Source: an uncultured Pirellulales bacterium
GTDB lineage: Bacteria; Planctomycetota; Phycisphaerae; Sedimentisphaerales; Anaerobacaceae
DNA: 64,000 bases
Direction: 5' to 3'
NCBI GenBank assembly: GCA_964579055.1
Contig: CAZOFX010000003.1
Span: forward strand, 39,551 to 103,550
Made by a program: the position numbers and the translations under genes. The notes beneath the pieces are model-generated. The model was not told the DNA's origin, searched no databases, and was given only the letters and a program-made list of their open reading frames with translations. Positions 9,476 to 18,273 of this stretch are shown one piece after another; the stretch's first letter is position 1, and each line of letters opens with the position of its first letter.

Positions 9476-10636
9476 ATGTTTGGCGGTCTGCGTGTCTTTC
9501 TGGTCTGCACCTTGTCCGCGTTCCTGCTCGGCGCGGTCGGATGCCGGCAGACCGTCCGGTTTGCCGGCGCGGCGGTGCGTCAGAATCCACTGCGCAGTAT
9601 CGGCCCGTCCGCCGACTGGACCTTCAACGGACTGGATGCGCGGGTGCTGCCGCGCCTTCGGCCCGGCTCCTATGCCACCGCCACGCGCGGCGTGCGATTC
9701 CTCGGCGCCGCCGACCTGGGACCCCACAGTTACCGGTTCAACGCGTCCGAGCAGAGCGGCATCGTGTACACCTGCCGGGCCGGGCACGTTGATATCTCCC
9801 ACGTTCGCAAGGCCGCCGACTGGACAGGATACCTCGCCGCGGTCGTGCTCGAACACCTGGAGAAAGGTCGAACTTCGTTTCAGGTCAAGCAGGTCGAGCC
9901 GTCTGTGTACTACATCGAGCTGACGTATCCGGAGAACTGGAACGACCTCGACAGCGCCGAACGCGAGCGGATCGCACGCGAAGTGTCGCGAGATCTCGGT
10001 CAGTATCTCGCCTGGACGGGACTGACCTGGCACGAGATTCTCACCTGGTTCGGCTACCGGTTCAAGGTCTGGCAGTCCGAGTTCCCATCGGCGTTCTCCT
10101 GGGAAGACAACTATTCCAACCTGCTCGGGACCGACATCGCGGTGGCCGCTCTCCAGGACCAGACTCGTCCGTTCAGCGAGACGGTGACACAGTTGCTGCA
10201 GGAATGGCTTGCGGAACTCGGGGTTCAGCCGGCACAGAAAGCCAGCGAGACCACTGAAGCGCTGAGAGGCCGGTGGTTCTCGGCCCAGTGGCACTACACG
10301 TGGATCTACGAGAGGAACTTCGATGTGGGGATCGACGACGGCTATGTGACCCCGCGTCTGGTCCCCTCGGTGCCGTTCTGCGAAGAGCCGGAGCCCTGGC
10401 CTTTGGCCGTCCCCACGGTCGATAGCCTGACTCGCTATGGGTTCTCGATGAAACTACAGCTCGAACCGAGGGTGTGGGAGGAGCGCCGCATCATGGCGCT
10501 CGTGTTCCCGCAGTACGATGGGAGGACGAGAAGGCTCGAGCCCGCGATCCACTTCCCGCTGCTGATCGGCCACATCGAGCAGGACGCCATTGCTCGGGGG
10601 TTCTCCTTTGCGGGCGGCGATGCCCTCGGGGGATGA
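9476..10636 (+). CDS. DUF4056 family lipoprotein
   Basis: Lipobox LGAVGC; GIVYTCRAGHVDISHVR, WHEI, SAFSWEDNYSNLLG resemble DUF4056 motifs. Confidence 0.8.
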   Translation: MFGGLRVFLVCTLSAFLLGAVGCRQTVRFAGAAVRQNPLRSIGPSADWTFNGLDARVLPRLRPGSYATATRGVRFLGAADLGPHSYRFNASEQSGIVYTCRAGHVDISHVRKAADWTGYLAAVVLEHLEKGRTSFQVKQVEPSVYYIELTYPENWNDLDSAERERIAREVSRDLGQYLAWTGLTWHEILTWFGYRFKVWQSEFPSAFSWEDNYSNLLGTDIAVAALQDQTRPFSETVTQLLQEWLAELGVQPAQKASETTEALRGRWFSAQWHYTWIYERNFDVGIDDGYVTPRLVPSVPFCEEPEPWPLAVPTVDSLTRYGFSMKLQLEPRVWEERRIMALVFPQYDGRTRRLEPAIHFPLLIGHIEQDAIARGFSFAGGDALGG

Positions 10637-10681
10637 CGGTTCCGATCCGGCGGCGTATGTATGTTCGTAGGGGGTAGAAGG

Positions 10682-12004
10682 ATGCGAGAGCGAATGGTCC
10701 GATTGCGAGTGGCGTGGCTTGTGCTGACATCGATCCTCGCGCAGGGGGCAGGTGCGGCGGCGTCCGAGCCGGTCGAAGCAGTCCGCTATGTGATCGTTGT
10801 GACCGGAGGCGAGCTGCTTTCCGGTGCTTACGCCGATGGGCATACGCACTTCCTCACGCGGACCTTGCGTCCGCTGGGTCTGCGCTGCGTCGGGGCGACG
10901 TGCGTCGACGACAAGCGAGATGACCTGAAGGAGGCGCTTCACTTCGCGACAGAGCGAGCACCGCTGGTGATCGTCACAGGAGGCCTTGGTCCCACCGACA
11001 ACGATGTGACGCGCGACGCGATCTCCGACTTCACGAAAATCGCGCTGGCCGAGCATCCGGACCTGGTGCAGAGGATGGCCAAGCGTTTCGGCGTCGCGCC
11101 CGAGCAGCTTCGCGCGAACCTGCGCCGCCAGACGCAAACGCCGGTGGGTGGGTCGTATCTCGACAACGCCGCCGGCACGGCGGTCGGTTTGGTTTTCGAG
11201 TTTGCCAAGGGCGCGATCGTGGCGCTGCCGGGCCCGCCGGGTGAATTGCAGCCGATGGTCCGCGACAAGTTGATTCCTTATCTGAGTCGGTGTTTCGGCA
11301 CGCGGCTTCCCGGACGGTCATTGACGCTGCGTTTCGTCGGACTCGGTCAATCGGAAATCGACCAGCGGATCAAGCAGCACGTGACACTGGACCCGGACAT
11401 TACGACTGGGTCGCAGTTCCAGGGCGGCCGCGTCGATTTCACGTTCACGCTGCCCGACGACACGCCGCGAGAGAAGGAACGACTCGATGCGCTCAGGCAG
11501 AAGATCGTCGCGCACCTGGGCGAGTACATCTATGCCGACGATGAGACGTCGCTGGAACAGCACGTCGTCAATCTGCTGCGGGCGCGGGGCGCCACGCTGG
11601 CGCTGGCGGAAGTGGGCAGCGGCGGGACCGTGGCGGCCGCGTTGAACGGTGCCGACGGTGCTGGCGATGTTGTGCTCGGCGCCTACGTCGCGCCCACCAT
11701 GGAGAGATTGCACCATCTTCTCGACGCCAGCAATGTGCGATGGGCAGAGGGCAAGCCGGGCCGCGACACGGTGGAGAAGTTGGCGACTGCCATCGCCGGC
11801 GCTGCGGGGAGCCGGTGGGCCATTGCGATAGGCGCTCTGCGCGAAGATGGCATGGTGGAGGTGACGTTCCGGCCGCCGACGGGTACGATGGAGAGCGAGC
11901 GCGTCGCGCTTCGCGGCGTGGACGAACTGGCCCGCTCGCGGTTCGTCACGCACCTGCTGGACCGCCTTCGCCGCAAGGTGCAGCAAGCGGCCGAATCAAA
12001 ATAG
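10682..12004 (+). CDS. cinA: CinA-like protein (molybdopterin-binding/COG1058 domain plus degenerate PncC-like domain)
   Basis: TGGELLSG, TGGLGPTDNDVT, ALPGPPGE; C-terminal LALAEVGSGG. Confidence 0.8.
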   Translation: MRERMVRLRVAWLVLTSILAQGAGAAASEPVEAVRYVIVVTGGELLSGAYADGHTHFLTRTLRPLGLRCVGATCVDDKRDDLKEALHFATERAPLVIVTGGLGPTDNDVTRDAISDFTKIALAEHPDLVQRMAKRFGVAPEQLRANLRRQTQTPVGGSYLDNAAGTAVGLVFEFAKGAIVALPGPPGELQPMVRDKLIPYLSRCFGTRLPGRSLTLRFVGLGQSEIDQRIKQHVTLDPDITTGSQFQGGRVDFTFTLPDDTPREKERLDALRQKIVAHLGEYIYADDETSLEQHVVNLLRARGATLALAEVGSGGTVAAALNGADGAGDVVLGAYVAPTMERLHHLLDASNVRWAEGKPGRDTVEKLATAIAGAAGSRWAIAIGALREDGMVEVTFRPPTGTMESERVALRGVDELARSRFVTHLLDRLRRKVQQAAESK

Positions 12005-12025
12005 AACCTTTGCGGAGAAAGAAGA

Positions 12026-12508
12026 GTGAACACCATGAGCGAGAATGGACACGAGTTGGTGACTTATTGCGGCCTGTATTGCGGGTTGTGCACGGCCCGC
12101 GCGCGGACGCCTCGCCAGGCGGAGGCCCTGCGGCGCACGATGGCCAAGGACGGCTACGAATTCTGGGCCAAGGATCTGCCCGGATTCAAGGAGTTCTGGG
12201 CGTTCCTGACGCGACTGAGCGATCTGGGCAAGGCCTGCCCGGGCTGTCGGCAGGGGGGCGGCCCGCCGTTCTGCGGCATCCGCAAGTGCGCCCGGGAACG
12301 TGGCGTTGATGTGTGCGTCGACTGCAACAACTATCCGTGCCATCGGATCGAAGCGATTGCCCAGGGCTACCCGACGCTGATTGCCGACAGCAAGCGGATG
12401 AAACAGATCGGGCTCGACGCATGGCTGGCCGAACAGCACCAGCGCGCGGAAACCGGCTTCGCCTACGCCGACATCCGCTGCCACCCCTACGAAGTCCCGC
12501 GCGAGTGA
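12026..12508 (+). CDS. DUF3795 family Cys-rich protein
   Basis: YCGLYCGLC, CPGCR, CGIRKCA, CVDC..YPC. Confidence 0.85.
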   Translation: MNTMSENGHELVTYCGLYCGLCTARARTPRQAEALRRTMAKDGYEFWAKDLPGFKEFWAFLTRLSDLGKACPGCRQGGGPPFCGIRKCARERGVDVCVDCNNYPCHRIEAIAQGYPTLIADSKRMKQIGLDAWLAEQHQRAETGFAYADIRCHPYEVPRE

Positions 12509-12785
12509 CCCGCTCGTCGTGCCCCGCACAGGATCGGCCTTCACGAAATATGGCACATGATCGAGGGGAAGCACGGGACGCTGAATCGGCGACGGGCCGT
12601 GGATGGGTGAATGCGTTGAATCGTCGCCTCAGGACGAGCCGCAAGATGCGAAACATCATCCCCTTCTTGTGTTTCCGTCGCTGTAGTTCTAAAATGAGGT
12701 TGTGCAAATGAAGTGGAGTATCCCAGTCTGTGACGCGCCAGGACAGATGCCCAGTTGGAGCAGGCGTTGATAGAGAGAGGATGTA

Positions 12786-13691
12786 ATGAACGACTTCTTC
12801 AAAAGACTGAAGACTATTCATAAGGCAAATGAGGCTGAACCATGGCTCGAACAGGAATACACTGACTACTCAGACTTCCACTACTTCCTTTGGTTCATCA
12901 ACGCATTTGACAACCTCGCCCACTTGCGACAACAATATGAGCCGTTCCTTTTCAGAGGACAGGCCGACGCGAAATGGACATTAAAGCCGAAGCTTGTACG
13001 CCTTCTGGAAGGGATGCCGCTGGAGGATGCATTGAGATACGAATTCGATTGCGTAGTCTACTTCCGAGAACGCGCGCATTTGTTCTGTGCATCGCTTGTG
13101 CCGGAGAAAGACAACTTCCTGGAATGGCTGTGCCTGATGCAGCATTTTTCTGCACCAACGCGGATGCTTGATTGGACAGGCTCATTCACCGTGGCGCTCT
13201 ACTTTGCTGTCTTTGAAGAGCCGATAGATACCCCTGGAGCAATCTGGATAGTCCACGGTGGGCCTCTCTGGAAGTGGATGCACCAGAAGTATCCTGAGCC
13301 TGAGTTTGGGGGTGACGCCAAGGCACGTGAGGTCTGCTCAAGTTACGACAGTTTCGTCGATTTCGGGGTGAACCGAGCCTCACTGCGTTTGGATGGGTAT
13401 GATCCAGATAGGAAGTCTGAGCGCGTGACTGCCCAGAGAGGCGTGTTAACGGTATGTGAAAGGCTGTTTGTCGACCATGCCACCATCATTGGACAGGCTC
13501 TGCTGGAGGTGCCTGATTCTGAACAGAATCTGCCATTGTGGAAGATCGTTATCTCGCCAGAGGCCAAGAGGTTCTTCAGGCAATACCTGAATAAACTCAA
13601 CATTACGGCTGCGACGCTGTTTCCGGGAACGGATGGGCTCGGCCGAACCATTAGCGAGACGCTGAGAGTTCTTCGGGAAGCGAACGAGTAG
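12786..13691 (+). CDS. FRG domain-containing protein
   Basis: FRGQADAKWTLKP, MQHFSAPTRMLDWT, ALYFAV, TLFPG.DG. Confidence 0.9.
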   Translation: MNDFFKRLKTIHKANEAEPWLEQEYTDYSDFHYFLWFINAFDNLAHLRQQYEPFLFRGQADAKWTLKPKLVRLLEGMPLEDALRYEFDCVVYFRERAHLFCASLVPEKDNFLEWLCLMQHFSAPTRMLDWTGSFTVALYFAVFEEPIDTPGAIWIVHGGPLWKWMHQKYPEPEFGGDAKAREVCSSYDSFVDFGVNRASLRLDGYDPDRKSERVTAQRGVLTVCERLFVDHATIIGQALLEVPDSEQNLPLWKIVISPEAKRFFRQYLNKLNITAATLFPGTDGLGRTISETLRVLREANE

Positions 13692-13787
13692 CTCGGTGAA
13701 TGACCAGGAACAGGCATGCACGAACGGTGGACGCAAGTCCAGAAAACGGTAGCTCTCCGTGGCATGTCCCTCAGAGGAGATGCAAAC

Positions 13788-14144
13788 ATGGGTCTTGGTC
13801 AGCTTGTCACGAAGTGGAGTGTCTGCGGCATCGCTCGCACTCAATTCAGGCTGTTCAAACTTGCTCAAAAAGAGAATCCTGGTGTCTGTGAGACTGTCAT
13901 TGCTCCTCTCCTTTTCGCAAGACGTATGCGGAAAGTGGCCTCTGCGCAGGGGCAAGATGAGCGAATCGCGGCGTATCTATGTGTGAACGGCCCTGTCGAG
14001 ACCCTGCGTGACACATGCCATGCAATCGCAGTTGTAGAGTTCAAGATCAGTCCGATGGATAGGGCGAATGTCGCCTATCTGACTGAGATGATCGACGCTG
14101 AGCTGGGGAGGCTTGGTTACATGGAGGAGCGCCCGGGTGGATAA
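13788..14144 (+). CDS. Hypothetical protein
   Basis: gaggag RBS before ATG 13788; part of AT-richer islet. Confidence 0.5.
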   Translation: MGLGQLVTKWSVCGIARTQFRLFKLAQKENPGVCETVIAPLLFARRMRKVASAQGQDERIAAYLCVNGPVETLRDTCHAIAVVEFKISPMDRANVAYLTEMIDAELGRLGYMEERPGG

Positions 14145-14204
14145 CAGGGGGATAACGCGAACATGTGGCGCGAATGGGTGCATTGCGGTGAATGCGCAGT
14201 GCGG

Positions 14205-14807
14205 TCAGGGGGTGGGGATGTTCAGGAGGGTGCGGACGCCGGTGAAGATGATCTGGGCGGCGATGGCGGTCAGGATCAGGCCGGTGAGCTTCATCATCAT
14301 TTGCAGGCCCTTCTGGCCCAGCAGCCGGCCGATGGGCACCGCCAGGAACAGGAACAGCGAGATCATCAACACCGCCAGCAGGATCGCGGCGGCGGCGATG
14401 ACCTTCTCCCTTGCGTCGCCGATCTCCATCCCGAGCACGAGGACCGTGCCGATCGTGCCGGGCCCGACGATCATCGGGATCGCCAGCGGCACCACCGCAA
14501 AATCGCTCTCCCGGTCCGGCCCGATCTCCGACCGCTTGCCCGAGACCATGTTGATCGCCGTCAGGAACAGCAGCGTGCCGGCGCCGACCTGAAAGGCCGG
14601 GACCGTGATGCCGAGGACCTTGAAGATCAGGTTGCCGAAGAAGTAGACCACGAAACAGATGACCAGGATTGCCACGCTGGTTCGAAGGGCGCAGTAGTTG
14701 CGAGTGCGCCGGTCCATGTCGCCCGACAGCAGCAGGAACATCGAGACGGAAAAGAACGGCGAGAGGATGAAGAACACCTTCGTAAAGATATCCAGGAACA
14801 GACCCAT
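14205..14807 (-). CDS. MarC family integral membrane protein
   Basis: LSPF, FGNLIFKVLGITVPAF, VPLAIPMIVGPG; about 6 TM segments. Confidence 0.92.
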   Translation of the reverse strand: MGLFLDIFTKVFFILSPFFSVSMFLLLSGDMDRRTRNYCALRTSVAILVICFVVYFFGNLIFKVLGITVPAFQVGAGTLLFLTAINMVSGKRSEIGPDRESDFAVVPLAIPMIVGPGTIGTVLVLGMEIGDAREKVIAAAAILLAVLMISLFLFLAVPIGRLLGQKGLQMMMKLTGLILTAIAAQIIFTGVRTLLNIPTP

Positions 14808-14833
14808 GTGCATTCCTTCAAGCGGACCGTGCG

Positions 14834-16210
14834 TCAGTCGATTCGGATTCGCGCGTAGCTGATGGTGTTGCCGGAACCCTGTCTGGTCCCGAGCAACTCC
14901 AGCGTTCGGGAGGGGGGCGATCCGGCACGGACCGTCGCGGTGAAGAACTCGGTGAACGGCCTTTGCAGCGGCACGCGGCCGGCCGGGCCAACGTTTGCAT
15001 CCGGTCCGATCTCCAGCAGGCGGTTCTCCGAAACGCTCTTGCCGCCCGCATCCGACCCGCTGACGTAGAAGAACACGAACAGCCGATGGTCCGGCGCGAC
15101 GTGGAAGCGGCCCCGGCCCGGCCGCTCGTTGGATTTGCCTTCTTCGGCCGCCAGCAGGGTGCGACGAGACTGCACCTGCCCATCACGCACGACCGCGTAG
15201 TTCAGCGAGTAGCTCTGCCTGGCTTCGGGGAAGAACTCCTCGCGGAGCCGTTCGTCGAGGGCCCGCTCGGTCCAGAGCAGGTGAACGTCGCCATTCGGGG
15301 CGATCCACAGATCGCCCGGCGTGACCCAGCCGCAGGTCTTCTCTCGGCTGGCGATCTCGATCCACGGGCGGAACGGCTCGCCTGTGACGTCGGGCGTCCA
15401 CGTGTAGAACAGCCGGCGGAAGTCGTAATCCCACTCGCGGCCGGTCAGTTCTTTCTTGAATGCCCGCCAGGTCTCGTTCGGCTCGACGATGTCGCTGACG
15501 CCGCAGAAGTGGACCGCCCGGTCCTTCAGCGCGACGTTGGGATAGCACACGCGGATCGGTTGCGGCTTGCTGTACTCGGCGCCCCACGGCCACTTGAGCT
15601 GCCCCTGTGCGCTCCATCGCCCATCGCGATCGAGGAACGACCACTCGGTGTGCGTGTAGCCGACGTTCTGCAGCAGGATCAACTCGTGATTCGGTCCATC
15701 GGCGGCGAAGCTGCGATAGGAATGTTCGGTGAACCTCGGTTGACCCTGCCAGGCGGGAAGCAGGGTGCGCGCCGGCGCACGCGGGTCGCTCGCGTCGAAC
15801 TGGAGCACCTCGGGTCGAGCCGGACCGGAGTAGGCATTCGTGTCCAACGTGGGATTGGACGACAGGAACAACCGACCATCAGGAAAGCCGACCAGCGGAC
15901 AGGGCTCACGGGTCCGCCCCGATTCGTCGACGCAGACCTTCGTCCAGCCCTGCTCAGTGCGCGTGAACAACATCCAGCGGCAGTTGTTCAGCGGCTTGGC
16001 GTCCGCAATCGTCTCCAGCCCGCCGGCGAAGACCGCCTCGCCGATGCGCACCAGGCAGGTGGATCCGTGGCACCACATGGGCCCGGCGCCGTTGTCGGCC
16101 GACTCGTAGCCGTAGACGTCTTCTTCGACCTCGACGACCGGACGAACCTCGCCCGTGGCCGCAACGGTTGCGAGAATCAGACATAGATTGGCGCTAAGAG
16201 ACGTTCTCAT
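14834..16210 (-). CDS. Secreted hypothetical protein (possible beta-propeller/BNR-like)
   Basis: Signal peptide, 458 aa, typical codon usage. Confidence 0.75.
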   Translation of the reverse strand: MRTSLSANLCLILATVAATGEVRPVVEVEEDVYGYESADNGAGPMWCHGSTCLVRIGEAVFAGGLETIADAKPLNNCRWMLFTRTEQGWTKVCVDESGRTREPCPLVGFPDGRLFLSSNPTLDTNAYSGPARPEVLQFDASDPRAPARTLLPAWQGQPRFTEHSYRSFAADGPNHELILLQNVGYTHTEWSFLDRDGRWSAQGQLKWPWGAEYSKPQPIRVCYPNVALKDRAVHFCGVSDIVEPNETWRAFKKELTGREWDYDFRRLFYTWTPDVTGEPFRPWIEIASREKTCGWVTPGDLWIAPNGDVHLLWTERALDERLREEFFPEARQSYSLNYAVVRDGQVQSRRTLLAAEEGKSNERPGRGRFHVAPDHRLFVFFYVSGSDAGGKSVSENRLLEIGPDANVGPAGRVPLQRPFTEFFTATVRAGSPPSRTLELLGTRQGSGNTISYARIRID

Positions 16211-16326
16211 GGTAGGACGCTCCTCATTGTTTGCGTGCCGATTGGCAGCTCAACGCGAACGCACGACATCGGCGCATTGTATCGGGCCTTCGAGAGGCGT
16301 CAAGCACGTGTCCAATGTGCAGAACT

Positions 16327-16443
16327 GGGTGGCAGCCTCAAGCGAAGCTTGGGGATGGCGGACCTCTCTGTGGCATAGATGGCAGGAGAAACCTCAAGGT
16401 GTTGAGCCATCCCCAAACGCCAAGGCGTTTGAGGCTGCCACCC
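16327..16443. repeat. Four-way-junction palindromic element, copy 2
   Basis: 15-bp perfect outer stem gggtggcagcctcaa/ttgaggctgccaccc, 11-bp inner stem, two side hairpins. Confidence 0.9.
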
Positions 16444-16516
16444 GTGTCAGGCATCTTCCTTGCCCTTTCGGGCGGTCCGGCCCATAATGGCTCGAACGGA
16501 ATGGCGCTCGTGAAGC

Positions 16517-16930
16517 TTGAAAGGTACGTCAGTGACGGATTCGGAGCGATTCGTGGCTTACTACGTTGAACGGCTTCGCGCCGGTGAGGATGCCTTCTTT
16601 CCTTTGGTCCAAGCTGAAGATGCTGTCGTACCCATACTGATTGAAGCATTCAGAACTGAACATGATCCAGATGTGCGTGCCGCTTTGGTGGAGATAATCT
16701 GGCAACATCGCATTCCGGAGACCATCGAGTTCTTGTCCCAGGCACTGACCGATGACGTGCCAGAGGTCTGGAAGAATGCTCTGGATGGACTGGTCGCATT
16801 GGGCGGAGAAGCCGCAATTGAGGCCTTGAAACGGGTAAGAGATCGAATATCGGTTCATGGACAGGCAACGGCTGGCAAGGTAGAGTGGATCGACGAAGCC
16901 GCATGCCAGATCAGAGAAGGTCTGATTTGA
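16517..16930 (+). CDS. HEAT-repeat protein
   Basis: LIEAFRTEHDPDVRAALVEIIW, ALTDDVPEVWKNALDGL. Confidence 0.75.
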   Translation: MKGTSVTDSERFVAYYVERLRAGEDAFFPLVQAEDAVVPILIEAFRTEHDPDVRAALVEIIWQHRIPETIEFLSQALTDDVPEVWKNALDGLVALGGEAAIEALKRVRDRISVHGQATAGKVEWIDEAACQIREGLI

Positions 16931-16980
16931 GCGGTGTGTCAACCGTCATCGTAGAGCGAAAATCATTTGGGAGAGTTGAC

Positions 16981-17550
16981 ATGGGGCATGGACGTGGTGG
17001 TGCTTGGCTGCGATTTGGGGTGTTCGCCTGCCTAATCATTGTGAGTCTGGCGGGTTGTCACGGGACCAAGGGCATGAAGGCTGAGATGAAGAGGGATCAC
17101 ATGATCATCGACCGATTGGCGAACGCGGAGGAATACTATGATATGCATCCGGCGTTCGAGAAGGCCTTCGCGTTCCTGCGGCGCAGCGATCTGGGGGAAC
17201 TGCCCGACGGCCGTCACGAAATCGACGGAGACCGTCTGTTTTGCCTCATGAGCCACAGTCCGGCCCGCCGCCGGGCCGAGGCGCCGCTGGAGGCGCACCG
17301 CAAGTACATCGACATCCAATACATCATCAGCGGGACGGACGAGATGAGGTGGAAACCCACTGCGGCCTGCTTCGTCTCGGCTGTGAGCTACGATCCCGAG
17401 AAGGACATCGAGTTCTTCAAGGACGCACCCGAACGTTGGACGCCGGTTCGGGCAGGCTCATTCGCCATCTTCTTCCCGCGCGACGCCCATGCCCCTCTGG
17501 CAGGAACGGGGCAAATCCATAAGGCGGTGCTCAAGATCGCCGTCCAGTGA
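16981..17550 (+). CDS. YhcH/YjgK/YiaL family protein (possible lipoprotein extension; alternative start 17101)
   Basis: MIIDRL, LEAHRKYIDIQY, FAIFFP.DAHAP, KAVLKI. Confidence 0.9.
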   Translation: MGHGRGGAWLRFGVFACLIIVSLAGCHGTKGMKAEMKRDHMIIDRLANAEEYYDMHPAFEKAFAFLRRSDLGELPDGRHEIDGDRLFCLMSHSPARRRAEAPLEAHRKYIDIQYIISGTDEMRWKPTAACFVSAVSYDPEKDIEFFKDAPERWTPVRAGSFAIFFPRDAHAPLAGTGQIHKAVLKIAVQ

Positions 17551-17598
17551 GCGCACAAGCCCGATTTCACCCAGGAACGGACGGTCTACTCCGTCGCG

Positions 17599-17952
17599 CT
17601 AACGATGAGGACGGCCCTTGCCTCGGCCTTGCTGCAACGCGACGACTTTCCTCAGGCGGCGCGAGGCTGTGTCGAAGGCATCTCGAATGACGACGTCGAG
17701 GGGGTCCTTCGTTTTGCCTCTTCCTGGCTCGTTTCTGACGGCTACTTTGTGTCCCGGCGGGACGGTCATGTCGATCCGCACCCGATACGGATTGCCGTCC
17801 TCCGGGCGTTTCGGCGGCTTCTCCACGGCCACACGGCAGCTCGACAGATGGTCGCAGACCCGTTCGAGCTTGTAGGCCTTCTGCCGGATCAGCCCTTCGA
17901 CTACGGTGGTGTTGGGGATACCCTTGAACGATACCTGTAGTGGAACCTGCAT
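17599..17952 (-). CDS. HPF/RaiA family ribosome-associated protein
   Basis: MQVPLQVSF, KLERVCDHLSSCRVAVE, YRVRIDMTVPPG, IRDAFD. Confidence 0.8.
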   Translation of the reverse strand: MQVPLQVSFKGIPNTTVVEGLIRQKAYKLERVCDHLSSCRVAVEKPPKRPEDGNPYRVRIDMTVPPGHKVAVRNEPGRGKTKDPLDVVIRDAFDTASRRLRKVVALQQGRGKGRPHR

Positions 17953-18273
17953 CCCATGCCTCCCGTATTTGCCCTCGATTGGAAACATACGTGCAATAAC
18001 GCTGTTCCATTGCTCGTTTCCCGTTATACGCCGGCCGGAGGTGTTTTGTGCGGTAGCAGATCGACGCCGGTCGCCGGCCGGCGCCCGACGCCGGGGTCAA
18101 CCGCGTTCCATGTATGTGAAAACATCCTGCCACACACGACAGTAGGGTTTGCGGTGAGATCTGGGCAGACGAGATTCCGCTGTCACGGCGCGATAGACGT
18201 TGTCGCTCGGTACCGCCTGCGGTAGACTGGGCCGAACTGGAGAACCATGACCTCAACTACAGGAGAATGTGTG

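Noticed and set aside
12510-14200. Integron attC sites around AT-richer ORFs (also considered for 45573-50236)
   Set aside because: No paired RYYYAAC/GTTRRRY cores with internal symmetry found; no integrase
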